A program made the position numbers and the translations under genes. A stretch of 54,209 nucleotides of DNA, counting the filler, from Cladosporium halotolerans (Eukaryota), in NCBI RefSeq assembly GCF_011745625.1. It is 2 parts of 2 records of this genome, joined end to end, with 100 filler letters (N's around TTAATTAATTAA, not from the genome) between each part and the next. Parts side by side here need not be neighbours in the genome. Positions count along the whole stretch, not along the records: positions 27,404 to 54,209 come from NW_027191534.1; 1 more part is not named here. The stretch is one strand, 5' to 3'. The notes under the pieces are model-generated. The model did no database searches. It was given only the letters and a program-made list of their open reading frames with translations, and had not been told where the DNA came from. Below are positions 34,435 through 46,373 of this stretch, piece by piece. How positions within the stretch are numbered: the first letter of the stretch is position 1; the number at the start of each line of letters is the position of its first letter.

Positions 34435-37400
34435 CAGTGGTACCCACAAGCAAGCAAGCGCCGTGCTTGAGGTCCACCCGCTTGCTTGCTTGATGTGGGG
34501 TCCTGTGCTTGCTTGCTTGCTTGAATAGACCGAAGTTGCTTAATGCTTGCTTGCTTGCTTGAGTACACAGGTCACGCCGCCTGCAAATGACTGAAATGTT
34601 TGACGATGTGAAAGGAGGGATAAATTCGCCCTTACTTATTGGAAATATGTCCATAGGATGTCTCCATTATGGCACTTTTAGACTCTATGGGGTGAGGACT
34701 AAGCAATCACCAGATCTAGGAGCACTGCCGACGTCAGTATCTGCACGTCGCGGTAAATCCTTGCTCGCCGAAGCACTTTCCCTTACATCTTCCATTTGCA
34801 CCTGCTGCAGAGTGTCCCATGCCTTTTGGCCGTCCGCAACTTTGTTGATCAGCCAGTTCTTCAGACACTGCTCCGCCTCGATCACGTCCTGTTTCAGACT
34901 GAATCGCTCGTCGGTGATCATACGCTTTGCCTGGCTGAACGCTCTCTCACATTCAGCTGACATACCTGGTATGGCAAGCAGCTTGAAAGCGAGCTTAGCA
35001 AGGGTGGGAAACATCCTCTGGCCAAAGTCTCCCCACCAAGCGATAGGCTGGTTCTGGCTCTTATAGAGATCTGTGACGTTGAGATCCTCGAGTGATAGCT
35101 CCAAGAAGCGATCTAGTTCAGAGTCCTCGCGTTTGCGTTTCTTCTTGCATCGCTCAGCAGAGATTGTGGCATGGCGTCTTAAAGTGTTGAAGAAATTATC
35201 GAAGTGTGCATATATGTCGTCAGTTTCCATGATCGATGTATCTGTTGCAGGCTCGCTATGCGGACTCGTCGAGCAGTCTTCACTCTTGCGCAGAGTGCTG
35301 AGAAATTCGTTGTAACATGCTGAGACCGCATTCTGCGTGTTTCTGATCTCCAATCTAGAGCGAGGCACTTCTGCCCACGCATTAGCAAAGTAGTCGTTGC
35401 GGTAACAAGGGTGCAGAGCGATCGCTGCACGGTACAATCGTGTGCGGTCAGATTTCCCGTAGTAATCCTTTAGCTTCTCAAAACCATGATTAACACAGTG
35501 ACGGTAGTGGTCCACAAATAGATCGGGATTCTTTGATACATCATCGGCGCGGATCTTGAGCATCATGAACAAGAAATCAAAGGCGGGAAGGACCCCCCCG
35601 CAAAGCTCCATGACTGCCTTCCAGCGACAGCTTATTCCCTTTGCCTTCCAACCTTTCCGTAGCAAGTTTGAACGGCAACAGCAATTCCTCATAGTGACGG
35701 ACTTCCTCCCAGTCCCCTTCAAAAAGAAAGTCTTGAGAGAGGTCGTACGCCTTAGTACCCTGCCTGCGCCACTGACGACAGTAGGAGCGGATCGAATTCT
35801 CAAGCAGAAGCGCACGGGCGATCATGTTGAAGACGCTGTTCCATCTTATCCCAGTATCCTTTACCAGGCGGTAGCAGAATGTGGTAATGTCGTCGGCGAT
35901 GTCCCGCTGCGCCTCGTTGAACATCTGTATGCGTTGATCCGACCGCATGTTGTATCGGACGATGTTGTGAAGCTTGCCGATTGCATGCTGTCTCCGCCAT
36001 GCATCGAAACTCTCGTCGTCGCCAGCATCGCTCAGCTCCTTTTGAAAAGCAGAAAGTCCCTCGCCGAGCAACAACGCTTTGACAACGAGATTGATGGTAT
36101 GCCCCCAGCAGCGTAGTCGGCATTGTGCATGATCAAGGCCGAACTCTTGAGCGAGGATGTCGACGGCTATGTCGTTGTTCGCAGCATTGTCAAGCACAAA
36201 GGCGGCAATCTTTCGTTGTACGCCGTAGTCGCGAACCAGGGCTGAAACGGCCTTTGCGATCTTCTCTCCGGAGTGTTGGCCTTCAAGGCGTGGGATCCCA
36301 ATCAACGCGTTACGAAGTGTGCAGTCTTTGTCAATCCAATGAGCAACTACTCCGAGAAGCGAGAGGCCGTTCGGTGAAGACCAGCCATCGAAGGATAAGC
36401 TGACATCGCTGAGTGATGTATGCATGGACTCGGCGACCTCAGGCTTACGTTGTTCGCATGCATCCATGAGCCAGCGGCGTGCGCTGCTGCGCTGTGGTAG
36501 AAGATTGGTAACTTTAGGGCCGCTACGAGCGAGTAGTCTTTGCAGGTGAGGGCTCGTTGCTTGGACAAAGTGATATCGTCTTTCGCGAGCCAGTTCAGGT
36601 ATTCTTCGCGCCATCTTTCCTCCCCGAGGTGCCCGTCCATGAACCTTTCGATACACCCTTGTGATTGCACCCTCTCCTCCAGACGCTCTAGGCCGATACC
36701 ATGCTGGTCGTGAAGGTGGCGAGTACAACTGGTGGAGGCCTGGGCATTCATGGCCTTGATACGGCCCTGCTCATGGCAGTACCGACAGATCCAGTGCTTG
36801 ATCCATTTGCCGCTAGGGGCTCACTTCTCTAGCGCAATACCATGGAGGTATATCCACGAGATCTTATTTCCGCCGAACCTTCGATTGCTGCGGAAACAGC
36901 GGCGGTATCCAGAAAGCTCAGGTCTGTCCAATGGAACTGTGAAAGTGCAGCGTGTTGATGCCAGCACCGAGTTCCTGGTATCTATCTCTTTTCCTTCGTC
37001 ATCGTCGTCGTCTCCTTTTGTTGACGGTATAGGAGTCGAGGCTAAGGCGGGTGGGTCAGAGGTGAATGAAGACGGAGATATGCATCCCTTGAGGCGTGTC
37101 GCGGGCTCTGCAAAGTCTGCCTCGGGCGTTTTCTGATATGTTGGCGTGAGGTGAAAGGCCAGTGTCGCTTGGGTGGTCTTTCGCGCTTTGCGAGGCGGCG
37201 AATTCATCACGGCCAAGCTCGTAAATGACGCGATTGGTGGTACACGCTCCTGCGAGAGCAGAAAACCAGGGTCCACACCTGGGGAAATCAGAGTTCCAGC
37301 AGATCTCTCGCAAACGGCTGCGGGCCGTGGTCTACGATCCTTCGCGGAACGCGAACTAGCTTCATTTTGCAGTCAGGTGGAGAAAATGTCATAGATGGTG

Positions 37401-37618
37401 CTTCGAGAAATCGGTGCTCTTATTCGATAGCATATATATGCATTATTTGATTCAATAATCTTTCTACCTGGCAAATACATCAAGCATAGCGAAGCGGCTT
37501 GAGAGCTTTTGTGCTTGCTTGCTTGATCACGACCCTTTTGCTTGCTTGCTTGCTCGGTGCCCGTAATGGCCAAGCGCAAGCAAGCCGCTCGTACTGGGCT
37601 TGCTTGTGGACACCACAG
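34435..37618 (-). mobile_element. hAT transposon with both TIRs and a frameshifted transposase (~37207-34685)
   Basis: TIRs CAGTGGTACCCACAAGCAAGC / GCTTGCTTGTGGACACCACAG and (AAGC)n subterminal repeats. Motifs WICRYC..HLHDQH, SFDGWS, RCWGHTINL, RWNS and SAECERAFS. No 8-bp TSD. Confidence 0.9.
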
Positions 37619-37639
37619 CTGGAGCATGATCCGGCAGAG

Positions 37640-38847
37640 GGGCCACTGAGACCAAAGGCCAATAGAAAATTTCTCAACAGTCCGAAACGAGGCTGCAAGC
37701 AGCTCGGGCCATCCATCTATGCAATTGGCGACACTTTGAATAATAATGCTTTAATCTACATCGTCGGAATGGAAGCACTGAAGATGATGTCTTGGACCAA
37801 TGATGAAGGGCTGCAACACTCTTTGCTCTCATCGAGCAATTCGAAGAGACCACTAATTGTCATCTGCCATACGCGCGAATCCGTGTTAAAACTTCGAAGT
37901 ATGTCCGTTGCGACAGGCCCTCCCAGCAGAGCGCAGTACATTTGGCTCCCCGTCGGCCATGGAGAGCTGGCCGGCGCTATCTCGAGTTCCTGTATGGTTT
38001 ACGATCCAGCCGCCGTGCAAGTCGATGTTAGTTGGCCTGGTGTAGCTGACATTTCTCAAGTGGAAACCCAAACAGACGATGAACACATTGAACACATTAT
38101 GAATGCCCTAGACACAGCGCAGTTGTCGCCATCCAAGCAAGTGGCTGATTCTACTCGCGCTTTACCAGAAATCATTGGGGACCGTATCGCGCCGACAAGT
38201 CCCGAGAAGGTCTCTGAGAAGGCGGAAGTATCGCAACCGTCGCTACCGCCCGTACACAAAAGGAGTGGCAGTGAGACTGTGAGCAGACACAGCACGCGTT
38301 CTTCCCAGCTACGAACTCAGCTCGGCCGAGCTATCACTGCTCCATGTCAGAGTGCAGAGGCGCTATTGCTATTGCTCGTTGACGATAACGTATGTGATCT
38401 CTAAAGCCCTTAGCCGTTGCAGCCTTTACTGACTATTCATGTGTAGGCTATCAATCTGCGCCTTCTCGAGGTCTTCGCGAAAAAGGCCGGCCACCCTTAC
38501 CGCACTGCGCAGAATGGCCAAGAAGCCGTCTCGGTATACGAGAGAGCTGCCCGTGAAGATCGTCCCTCAGATGATTCCTTGAGATCGGACTATGGCGAAG
38601 GCCCTTGTCTGGCTGGCAAGCCCGAGGTGATCCTGATGGATATAAACATGCCAGTCGTGGACGGGTTCGAAGCGGCGCGGGCAATACGCCGGTTCGAGAA
38701 GGCTAGCGGGAATCCGCGAGCGACAATTATCGCTGTCACGGGTTTGGGCGACACATCGGCGCAAGAGCAGTCGTTCACGAGTGGCATGGACTTGTTTTTT
38801 AAGTCAAGATGAAGGAGTTGACTGACATTATCAAACGGTTGCAATAA
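37640..38847 (+). pseudogene. C-terminal fragment of a hybrid histidine kinase (receiver domain); intron at 38390-38446
   Basis: LLVDDN|AINLRLL...NGQEAV...ILMDINMPVVDGFEAARAIR...IIAVTG. The KP motif is lost by a small deletion, and the 5' part is missing at the hAT end. Confidence 0.8.
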
Positions 38848-39390
38848 AATCATGGTCTATGATGGAGGCCTAACTTTGGTTTCGGGATATATACAAGAGT
38901 CTTACATGGTGTACAGATCTTGTTACGGAGACTGAGGACCATTTTTGGAGCGGGTTCGGGACCAACTTATTCAGGCGGTTTTGTCCTGCTCGCTATCTCT
39001 CTTCGCAATTTATCTGCTGAGGTTCGTATGGTAAGTTGTACTTCCTGCTCGACCACAGTGCCGCTGCGATCATGGCCTGCTGAGGTTTCGTGTGCTGAGA
39101 CCTCGCCGTTCTCAAATTGGCACGAAGCCGAAGACTAAGCATTTCGAGACGTGATCATGGGAACAATGAGCCTCGACCCTTCGAAGCACCTTACCGCGGT
39201 TGTAGTTCTGAGACTTCCGTGGTTCTCAACCTAGGATAGTCAAGGATGAGATTAGGTGCATTTACAGACTCGGCGCAATTTAGCTCGGCCGCATTGAACA
39301 CGGAGGCCATTACGACGATGTGGGTAATTAACTCAATCCGCTTGATCAGAGGATAGGGTTGCATGGTGCGCGAGAGCAGGAGGGCTGATA

Positions 39391-41845
39391 GAAGTCTTCC
39401 CCACTCCGTGCACGGAACCAGTTCGTGCACGCTTTCTCGCCTCTCCACAATCGCAGTATATCACAAATAATCCATTCGGTCGCATGTCGTTTTCTCTGAA
39501 ACTGATACGCTTGCTTACGCTGATCTCCATCTACAAATCCATCTAAATCTTATTGCCTGAACCTCGCTGGCTGAGTAATAGTCCTGCCTGACCTCGAGCT
39601 TGCCTGTTTCAGTAGTTCTCCCGTCTCAAGCTCTCTATCCTGGATGGCAGTCACTGGCGCCTCACGCTGCTCCTTTAACCTTCTTCCTGATCTACTTGCG
39701 AATGCCCTCGATTGTTGTTTGAGCTTGGTCTGAGCCTCCTTCGCCTCCTTAGCCTTGAGTCTGTCAGCCTGCTTCTGAGCCTTCGCTTGTTCCCTGGGTT
39801 GAGCAGCCATAACTTTGTCGATCTTCTTCTGTTGAGCCTCCTGCTCCTTGAGGGCTTTCTGAGCAGCCTTTTCCTGGATCTTGAGTCGTCTCTCGCGATC
39901 TTCTTCCAAGATGGCTTGCTCTCTACGCTCCTTGAGCTCGATGGCTTTCTGAACCTTACCAGCGCTGAACAGTATGGCACTAGCACCCTCCTGAGCTCTG
40001 AACTCTTCCATGAGCTTCTTCCCTTTCTTTCTACGCTTCTTCTCCTGATGTAGAGCCTCGGTAGCCCGTCTTTTCTCGATCCTTGCCAGCGTCAGCTCCG
40101 CCCGCGCTCAAGACCTCCTCAGTGAGCTGGGTCATTCATTTCTTGGTCTTCTTGTCTACTGCTCTGCTGGTCATCTTCCTCAGCCTTCTATTGAGAGTCA
40201 CAACTAATAGGAGGACTGCTTGAGAGCTGTCTGTTGGATTTTGACTGGCAGAGGCTGGCTTGCTTGGGACCTCTGACCTGGCTGAGCACCACGTCTGGAT
40301 CAAACGGAAACAAGCCATCTTTGCGCCAACTCGATGACACATTCTTCTCCGTGGACGCATCGTGCCATGCTGGAAAAATACAAGCCGAAGAAGTCCCTCT
40401 TCTGCAGTTTTGTGAGACCTTCCGAGTTGACAGTGAACCGTTCCAGGTTCTGACTGTAGTACGTCGCGAGAGGTGCGAAGCAGCCAACATCCAGAGGCTG
40501 TAGTCTGTGTGTGGCATGGGGAGGATACACAGCGACCAGTATTCTGTGTTTGTATGACTGTTCATGACTGTTCAAGGGATGGTAGCGTGACATGAGAGCC
40601 GTGGCCATCTACGAAAAGTAACCTCCATCGCCGCCTCGATTTGTTCTTGGTCCTTTGGTGGAACAGCTGGATCAGCCACTTCAGACCGATCTCATCGGTG
40701 GTCCAGCCATTCGGTGATGATGTGAACCAGCAATCATGTTCCTCAGCGTCGAAGCCATGTGCGCCCTTCCGACTGTCTAACGAGGTCGTCGAGCGCTTGG
40801 CTGTAATAGTGAGCCAAGGGTGCAAACATGCGCACGTCCAGAGGCTGCAATTTATGCGTTGAGTGAGGTGGAAATACGTCAAGCAAATCCTGTGGTTCTC
40901 ACACCAGTTCAGAAACTTCATGTTGAGATGGGAGCCGTGACCGCCAACAATAAGGAGCGGCCACGACCTCTTCGCTTTGGCGGCAGTCTCCTTCCCGAAT
41001 AGTCCAGTCAACCAGCTGTAAGCAAGCTCGCCGCTTGTCCATCCGTTCTGTGATGATGTAAAGTACCAAGTGTGCTCGGAAGGATCGAATTCATCAAGCC
41101 AAGTGTCTTGCAAATTGCCGGAAACGGCTTTGTAGATCAAAGTTGGCGGTAACCTTGTACCATCTGCACGTATAGCCGCACCAAGCGTGATCCACTCACG
41201 GCTTCCATCTTGACCAGCCCCTACCAGCTTGCCATGCTTCGCGAAGACCCTCTGGGTCTTTTGAAGCCTACCGAGGAGAAAGCCTTTCTCGTCCATGTTG
41301 TACATTTTCTCGGGCAGTATGTTGTATTCATCCAGTTTCTCGCCCAGAATTACCAATTATTGCTCATAGCTAGCTCTTGAATCAGCCGTGTGGCGTGACA
41401 GGTCGATGGCGTTGAGAAGCCTAGCTTCAAGCTCGTCCTTGTGCCTGGCGACGAAACGCGACGACCAGTTCTTTGAAGGCTTCGTGCCACATAGTTTCGA
41501 GGCAATGTTCGCGACAATTCTAGGGGTTGGTGGTCAGCATCGTTGGCAGAGCTTCTTGATGTGCTTTACGAGCTCTTTCTCTTGTACGTTACTCAATAAC
41601 CTCTTAGATTCGTGATATTGAGCCAAATCTGTGGTCATTAGACGGAAGCGCCTGCTAAGCGTTGACCTATCCACACCATGGGTTCTTCTATCTTAGATAT
41701 ATTTGGCGATTCGCATGAATCCAGCTCCGCAAGCGCCGCGTCCATGACAGCAAAGTTCGTGGAGATATCGCGTGGTAAACAGAGCGTGTCGTGTTCGCGT
41801 GGCGCGTGCATGCAGTGTGTCTGTGCACGCAGTGGGGAAAGCTTC
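39391..41845 (-). mobile_element. Fot1/pogo-type DNA transposon with ~42-bp imperfect TIRs and TA target duplication; transposase degenerate
   Basis: TA|GAAGTCTTCCCCACTCCGTGCAC ... GTGCACGCAGTGGGGAAAGCTTC|TA. Motifs YNMDEKGF, DGHGSH and THRLQPLDV. Confidence 0.9.
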
Positions 41846-41945
41846 TATATTTCAGAAGGTTAGCCGAGCTTGCTTTCATCCGCTGTGTGGCAGCTACCTC
41901 ACTACCTACATTTTTACGAAGACCACTACCACACCGCCACCAATA

Positions 41946-42100
41946 ATGCCTCCAAATCAACGCCGTACGAGGCTATCACAGCAAGAGAAGCTCGTTGCTG
42001 TCATGTTATATTGCAAAAGGGGCTGGAAGCAAGATGAGTTGGCAGCAGAGTTTAGGGTTACTAAAGGCGCAATATCTCAGATTGTTAAAGAAGCGATGAC
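41946..42100 (+). pseudogene. Short helix-turn-helix fragment, probably a Tc1-type transposase N-terminus
   Basis: RLSQQEK...GWKQDELAAEFRVTKGAISQIVK. Confidence 0.4.
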
Positions 42101-42411
42101 CTCTACAAACGATCACTCCATCACTGGCCTTCTACTAGCTCCCTATCTGCGGCCAACAGTAAGCATTACACGCCATGAAGAATCATCGAGGAGAAACGGA
42201 GGCACTTGTAAGCGCAGGGTTTTGATGCATGACGTCACCTATGGCCTAATGCCGTATGGAGGTGGATCGATGCTTGCAACGGTCGATATCGGAGGCGACG
42301 CTCGGTAAGTCGAGTGTGGTGTGAGTCCAGAGACAAGCAGCCTGTTTCTTATCATCGTTATGACGTTTTTCCCGGTATACTGACTCTACTACAACAACAG
42401 TCATAATTACC

Positions 42412-43345
42412 ATGGCAGTCGGAGACTTTACGCTCGAAGGGAAAATCGCCGTCGTGACAGGCGGCGGCTCAGGTGATTGCCACTTCCCGAAGAGGCAAAA
42501 GTGTTCAAGACTGATCAGTCCCAGGGATCAACTCGTCTTTCGCCAAGTTGGCTTTAGCATCTAAGGCCAGAGTTCTCATCGCGGATATCAAGCTGCTCCA
42601 AGATGCCCAAAATCTTCTCCGCAGCCCTGAAACAGCTGGCAAAATTGCATACGCCAAATGCGACGTTTGCAAATGGGACCAGCTAGAGCGGCTGCCTTCA
42701 GAGGTTGAGGCCGCCTTCGGCCAAGGGGCTGTGGCAGATGTCTGGGTCGCAGGCGCTGGTGTCTCCGAGCCTAGCCTCAGCTCTTTCTTCCTAGATCAAG
42801 AAGACAACGGCTATCTGGCTATGCGGATCAATGCTGAACATCCCATTAAACTCACCAGGATAGCGATGCGGTCATTGTTGAAGGCGAACAAGCCTGGTAT
42901 CGTCCTCATTGTGGCTTCCGGAGCGGGCGCGACTGGCTTCTATGGCTCCCCGTTGTACTGCGCGACCAAGCACGCTGTTGTTGGCTTCACCAAGTCCATG
43001 GCGCAGGCCGACAAGGACGAGAATGTCAAGATTGTAAGCATATGCCCCGGCATTATGTCGAATCCGTTGTGGCAAGGGTCAGACGCCAAAGATGTGGCGA
43101 ATCAATACTCATACAGCGACGACATGGCGATCACGGCTGAAGAGGTGGCGAGGGCGATGAAGGATTTGATCGAGAAGGGGAAGTTCACGGGCGGCAGCTT
43201 GCTTGAGATCTCGAAGGTTAAAGGCAGTGGCTTGTTGGAGAGTAGTGAAGCATCGATAGCCACGGGTCCGGAAACCCAGGCATGGGTTAACCAGTGTTAT
43301 GCGCCAGTAAGAGAGATCTTTAAGAAAGAGAGGAGAGCAGGATAG
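42412..43345 (+). CDS. Short-chain dehydrogenase/reductase; one intron at 42473-42524
   Basis: Exon 1 MAVGDFTLEGKIAVVTGGGS|GIN restores the TGxxxG motif; CDV, catalytic YCATK and ICPG follow. Confidence 0.9.
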
Positions 43346-43799
43346 GATGAATAGCGGACGTCACTGTTGCCACTTTTGACGCTGAACGCGCTTTCCCTTC
43401 ACCAATCAACCTGCACGTCTGCTTCTGCTTCTGCTTTTGCCCCTCAACACCGACCATCCAACACGTGGTCGCTCCACTTCAAGTGTCCCCGACACTGCAA
43501 GTCACCGAAAATGCTTAACAGCACGCCTGAGCACACCCTAACTGCCATCATGACAGACCCCTACCTCCAACACATCTCTCTCACCACGGAAGTCAACGAA
43601 GGCGGGACGAAAGTGTCGTGGAGAGGACAGCACGACCGGGCAAAGCGTCTGCAGCTGCTGTTGGGCAGTCGAGTGCGGGCCATTACTGGTATGTTGTCGT
43701 CTGCAACAATCTCCGTCTTGTTGGCGGCGGCGAGCGTGCCTCGCGTGATCGTTCTTCTTGACCACAGCCAGACGCGGTACGCCTTGCGAGTACTGTCAG

Positions 43800-45440
43800 C
43801 ACCGGAGGATCATCAACATACCGGCTGCTGCGCATTGCCAAAGCCTATGACCAGCAGCTCCGAGTTGTCACGGAAACAATAGCTTCGGCAATAACGAAAG
43901 TATCGCTGTCTTTCGACCTGTGGACACCTGGCACCAGTGTCGCACTCTTTGGTATTGTGGCTCAGTTTATCGATTCCGGGGGCAAGCCGACAAGCATGCT
44001 GTTGAGTTTGCCAAGGCAGCAGGGTAAACATACGGGCACAAGCATAGCGAATAATGTGGCGGGTGTTATCGCCGAGTACGGTCCGGGATGCTCTTTGGGC
44101 TTCTTCATCCCGGACAACACCAACAACAACGCAACCTGCTCATCGGCACTCGCAGATGAGTTTCACTTCAGTGCAAAAGCCAGGTGGATCCGCTGCCCAG
44201 CCCACATTCTAAACCTCGTCGCCCAAATCGATTCTCTTCGGTCACGACGCAAACGCACTCGAACTTGAGCTTCTCGGTACAAGACGAAGAGTTGCGGCAC
44301 ATGGACGTCTGGCGGCGGAAAGGGCCATGCGGCAAATTGCACAACATTGTCAAGTACATCAGGAGGTCCCCACAACGGATATAGCAATTTGAGAATATCT
44401 AGCGTCGCTTGGTCGCTCCGACACGACTGGTCGGTAAGGCTGAGGTTTACAAACTGGTGGAAGACAACTACACGGGGTGGACTCGATGGACGACTGTATC
44501 GAGAGAGCGCTGTATTTGCAACCAGCTCTGGACCAGTTCGTCGAGAAAGAGGTAGACAATTGGCACGTGGCACGCCGCCGCAAGCAGAAAGCTCCACGCC
44601 TTCGATTGTTGACGTCCGTCTTACGATGGACGATTGGGAGGTTCTGAAGGCATATGATGAGATTCTGCAACCAATCAAGAAATCAACGAAAGTCCTGCAA
44701 GGACAAATTGGTGGGCGCTTCGGAGCTATCTGGCAAGTCTTGCCTCAGTTCGAGATATTACTGACCCGTCTCGAGGAACAACGTCAGCGTCATCTGTCAC
44801 TTCGGGGCCAGTAATCAGCCTCACAGCCGCCACAGCCGTTACAGCCCTCGCAGCCGTTACAGCCCTCGCAGCTGCGGACTTGTTCCCAACACCGCACCAT
44901 ACATCAGCAGAAGAACACACAGCAAAGCTACGAGAACAGCACAGGTGATATACAAGACACCGCGTGCGAGGGTGTGGATTACATCGCTGCTGAGCAGCAT
45001 TCTAGCTTAAATATTAATGCCGGCTGGCAGAAGCTCAACGATTACTACAAGCGCCTTAACGACAATGTGGTGTATGTCGCTGCGGTGTTCCTACACCCGC
45101 GGATGAAGTGGCGTTATTTCAAGTCCAAGTGGAGTTGACCGTGAGGATTGGCTAAGTACTTGGAAGGCGGAACGGGACAAGTATTGGCGTCAAAAGTACA
45201 AACACAAGGCGGCCTCGTCACCAGCAACTTCATCGGGGATTGATGGCGATACAGGAAGCAAGAGCGTCAAACATGCCGCAGACGAGAGGTCTGATGGCGA
45301 GGATACGGGACTTGACCAGCTCGAGCAATACCTTAGCGAGCAGCCGGATCGAACGTATCGCTCCGCAGACTCTCCGATCAAATACTGGCTAGCTAGACGG
45401 AAGATCTGGCCGCAGCTCGCCGCAATGGCACTTGACATAG
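43800..45440 (+). mobile_element. Degenerate hAT transposase
   Basis: SFDLWT, IRCPAHILNLV, GKLHNIVKYI, DDWEVL, WQKLNDYY..LHPRMK and WPQLAAMALD across several frameshifts and stops. An 18-bp tandem repeat lies at ~44822-44872. Confidence 0.8.
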
Positions 45441-45559
45441 AACTAGCGGGCGCTTAAATGCGGAGCTATGTTGTTGCATCTGCAAGGCGCATGTCTTGCG
45501 GACCACAACAACCGAGGCAGCTTCTCACTGGCTCGCTAAGGAGTACGTGCAGAGGTATT

Positions 45560-46327
45560 GACCCTCAAAGGAATCGACTCCAATTTTGGCTCTGAAAATG
45601 ATGAGTGGTGGTATCGCCATACCGGCTGCGCTGACGCACTCGATCGCGGTTATCCACTCTTGCCGGCCGTGCACAACCTTCCAACTTGACTTGTCTCTTA
45701 TATTGGCTAGTGCTCTAGATGACTGGCTTGTTCCTACCGCAAATCCTGACTCGTCCAAGTTGTACCGTCGTTCGGGAGGGTATTGGTGCTGCAACTGGAG
45801 CTCCGTCAACGTCTCGAACCATGGCTTTACAGCTTCGGCCGTGGCTGCTTTGTGCCTTGCACTATCGATTTGGCGTGTCCATATACCTCGAATCTCAGGG
45901 TGGCGTGCACGGAATCGATGCAGCCACTTGCCGCCTATGGGCCGCGAGTTGAGCGAGGCCTGAGTCGGATTCTTCGAGAGCTGCATCCGGCAACGGCGAA
46001 TCTCTTCGGCCCTCTCAAGAGCCAACGCCGGCGATGCGGGAAAGCCAGTACTTGTCAGCCTGGCCAATCAACGTACAAGTGTCTTCGCTTCGGGGCTCGT
46101 AAGGATCTGAGCATTTTCGTGGCCTTGAGAGCGAGAAGTGTCCGGAGGTGCGATACTGCAATATCGTCCAGGGGACATCTTTTGCTAATGCACACGCGCG
46201 AATGGACTTGTATCTACCTGATTTATATTCCAAGACAGCTTCTTGCATCATAGTTCCAGTGTACGTGTCCATATCGCGCAAAGTCGCGTTCGTCGTTGGT
46301 CTACACGTCGATGAACTGGATCAATCA

Positions 46328-46329
<2 letters not shown>
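45560..46329 (-). mobile_element. Fot1/pogo-type transposon 5' half; its left end is displaced to 51442-51489 by a LINE insertion
   Basis: HTH (SIRACALAKDVP), WLHRFRARHP, YNLDESGF and EWITAIECVSA. The terminus ...CTACGT|TA at 51489 carries duplicated GGCCAAGTTyCCC repeats. Confidence 0.8.
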
Positions 46330-46373
<44 letters not shown>

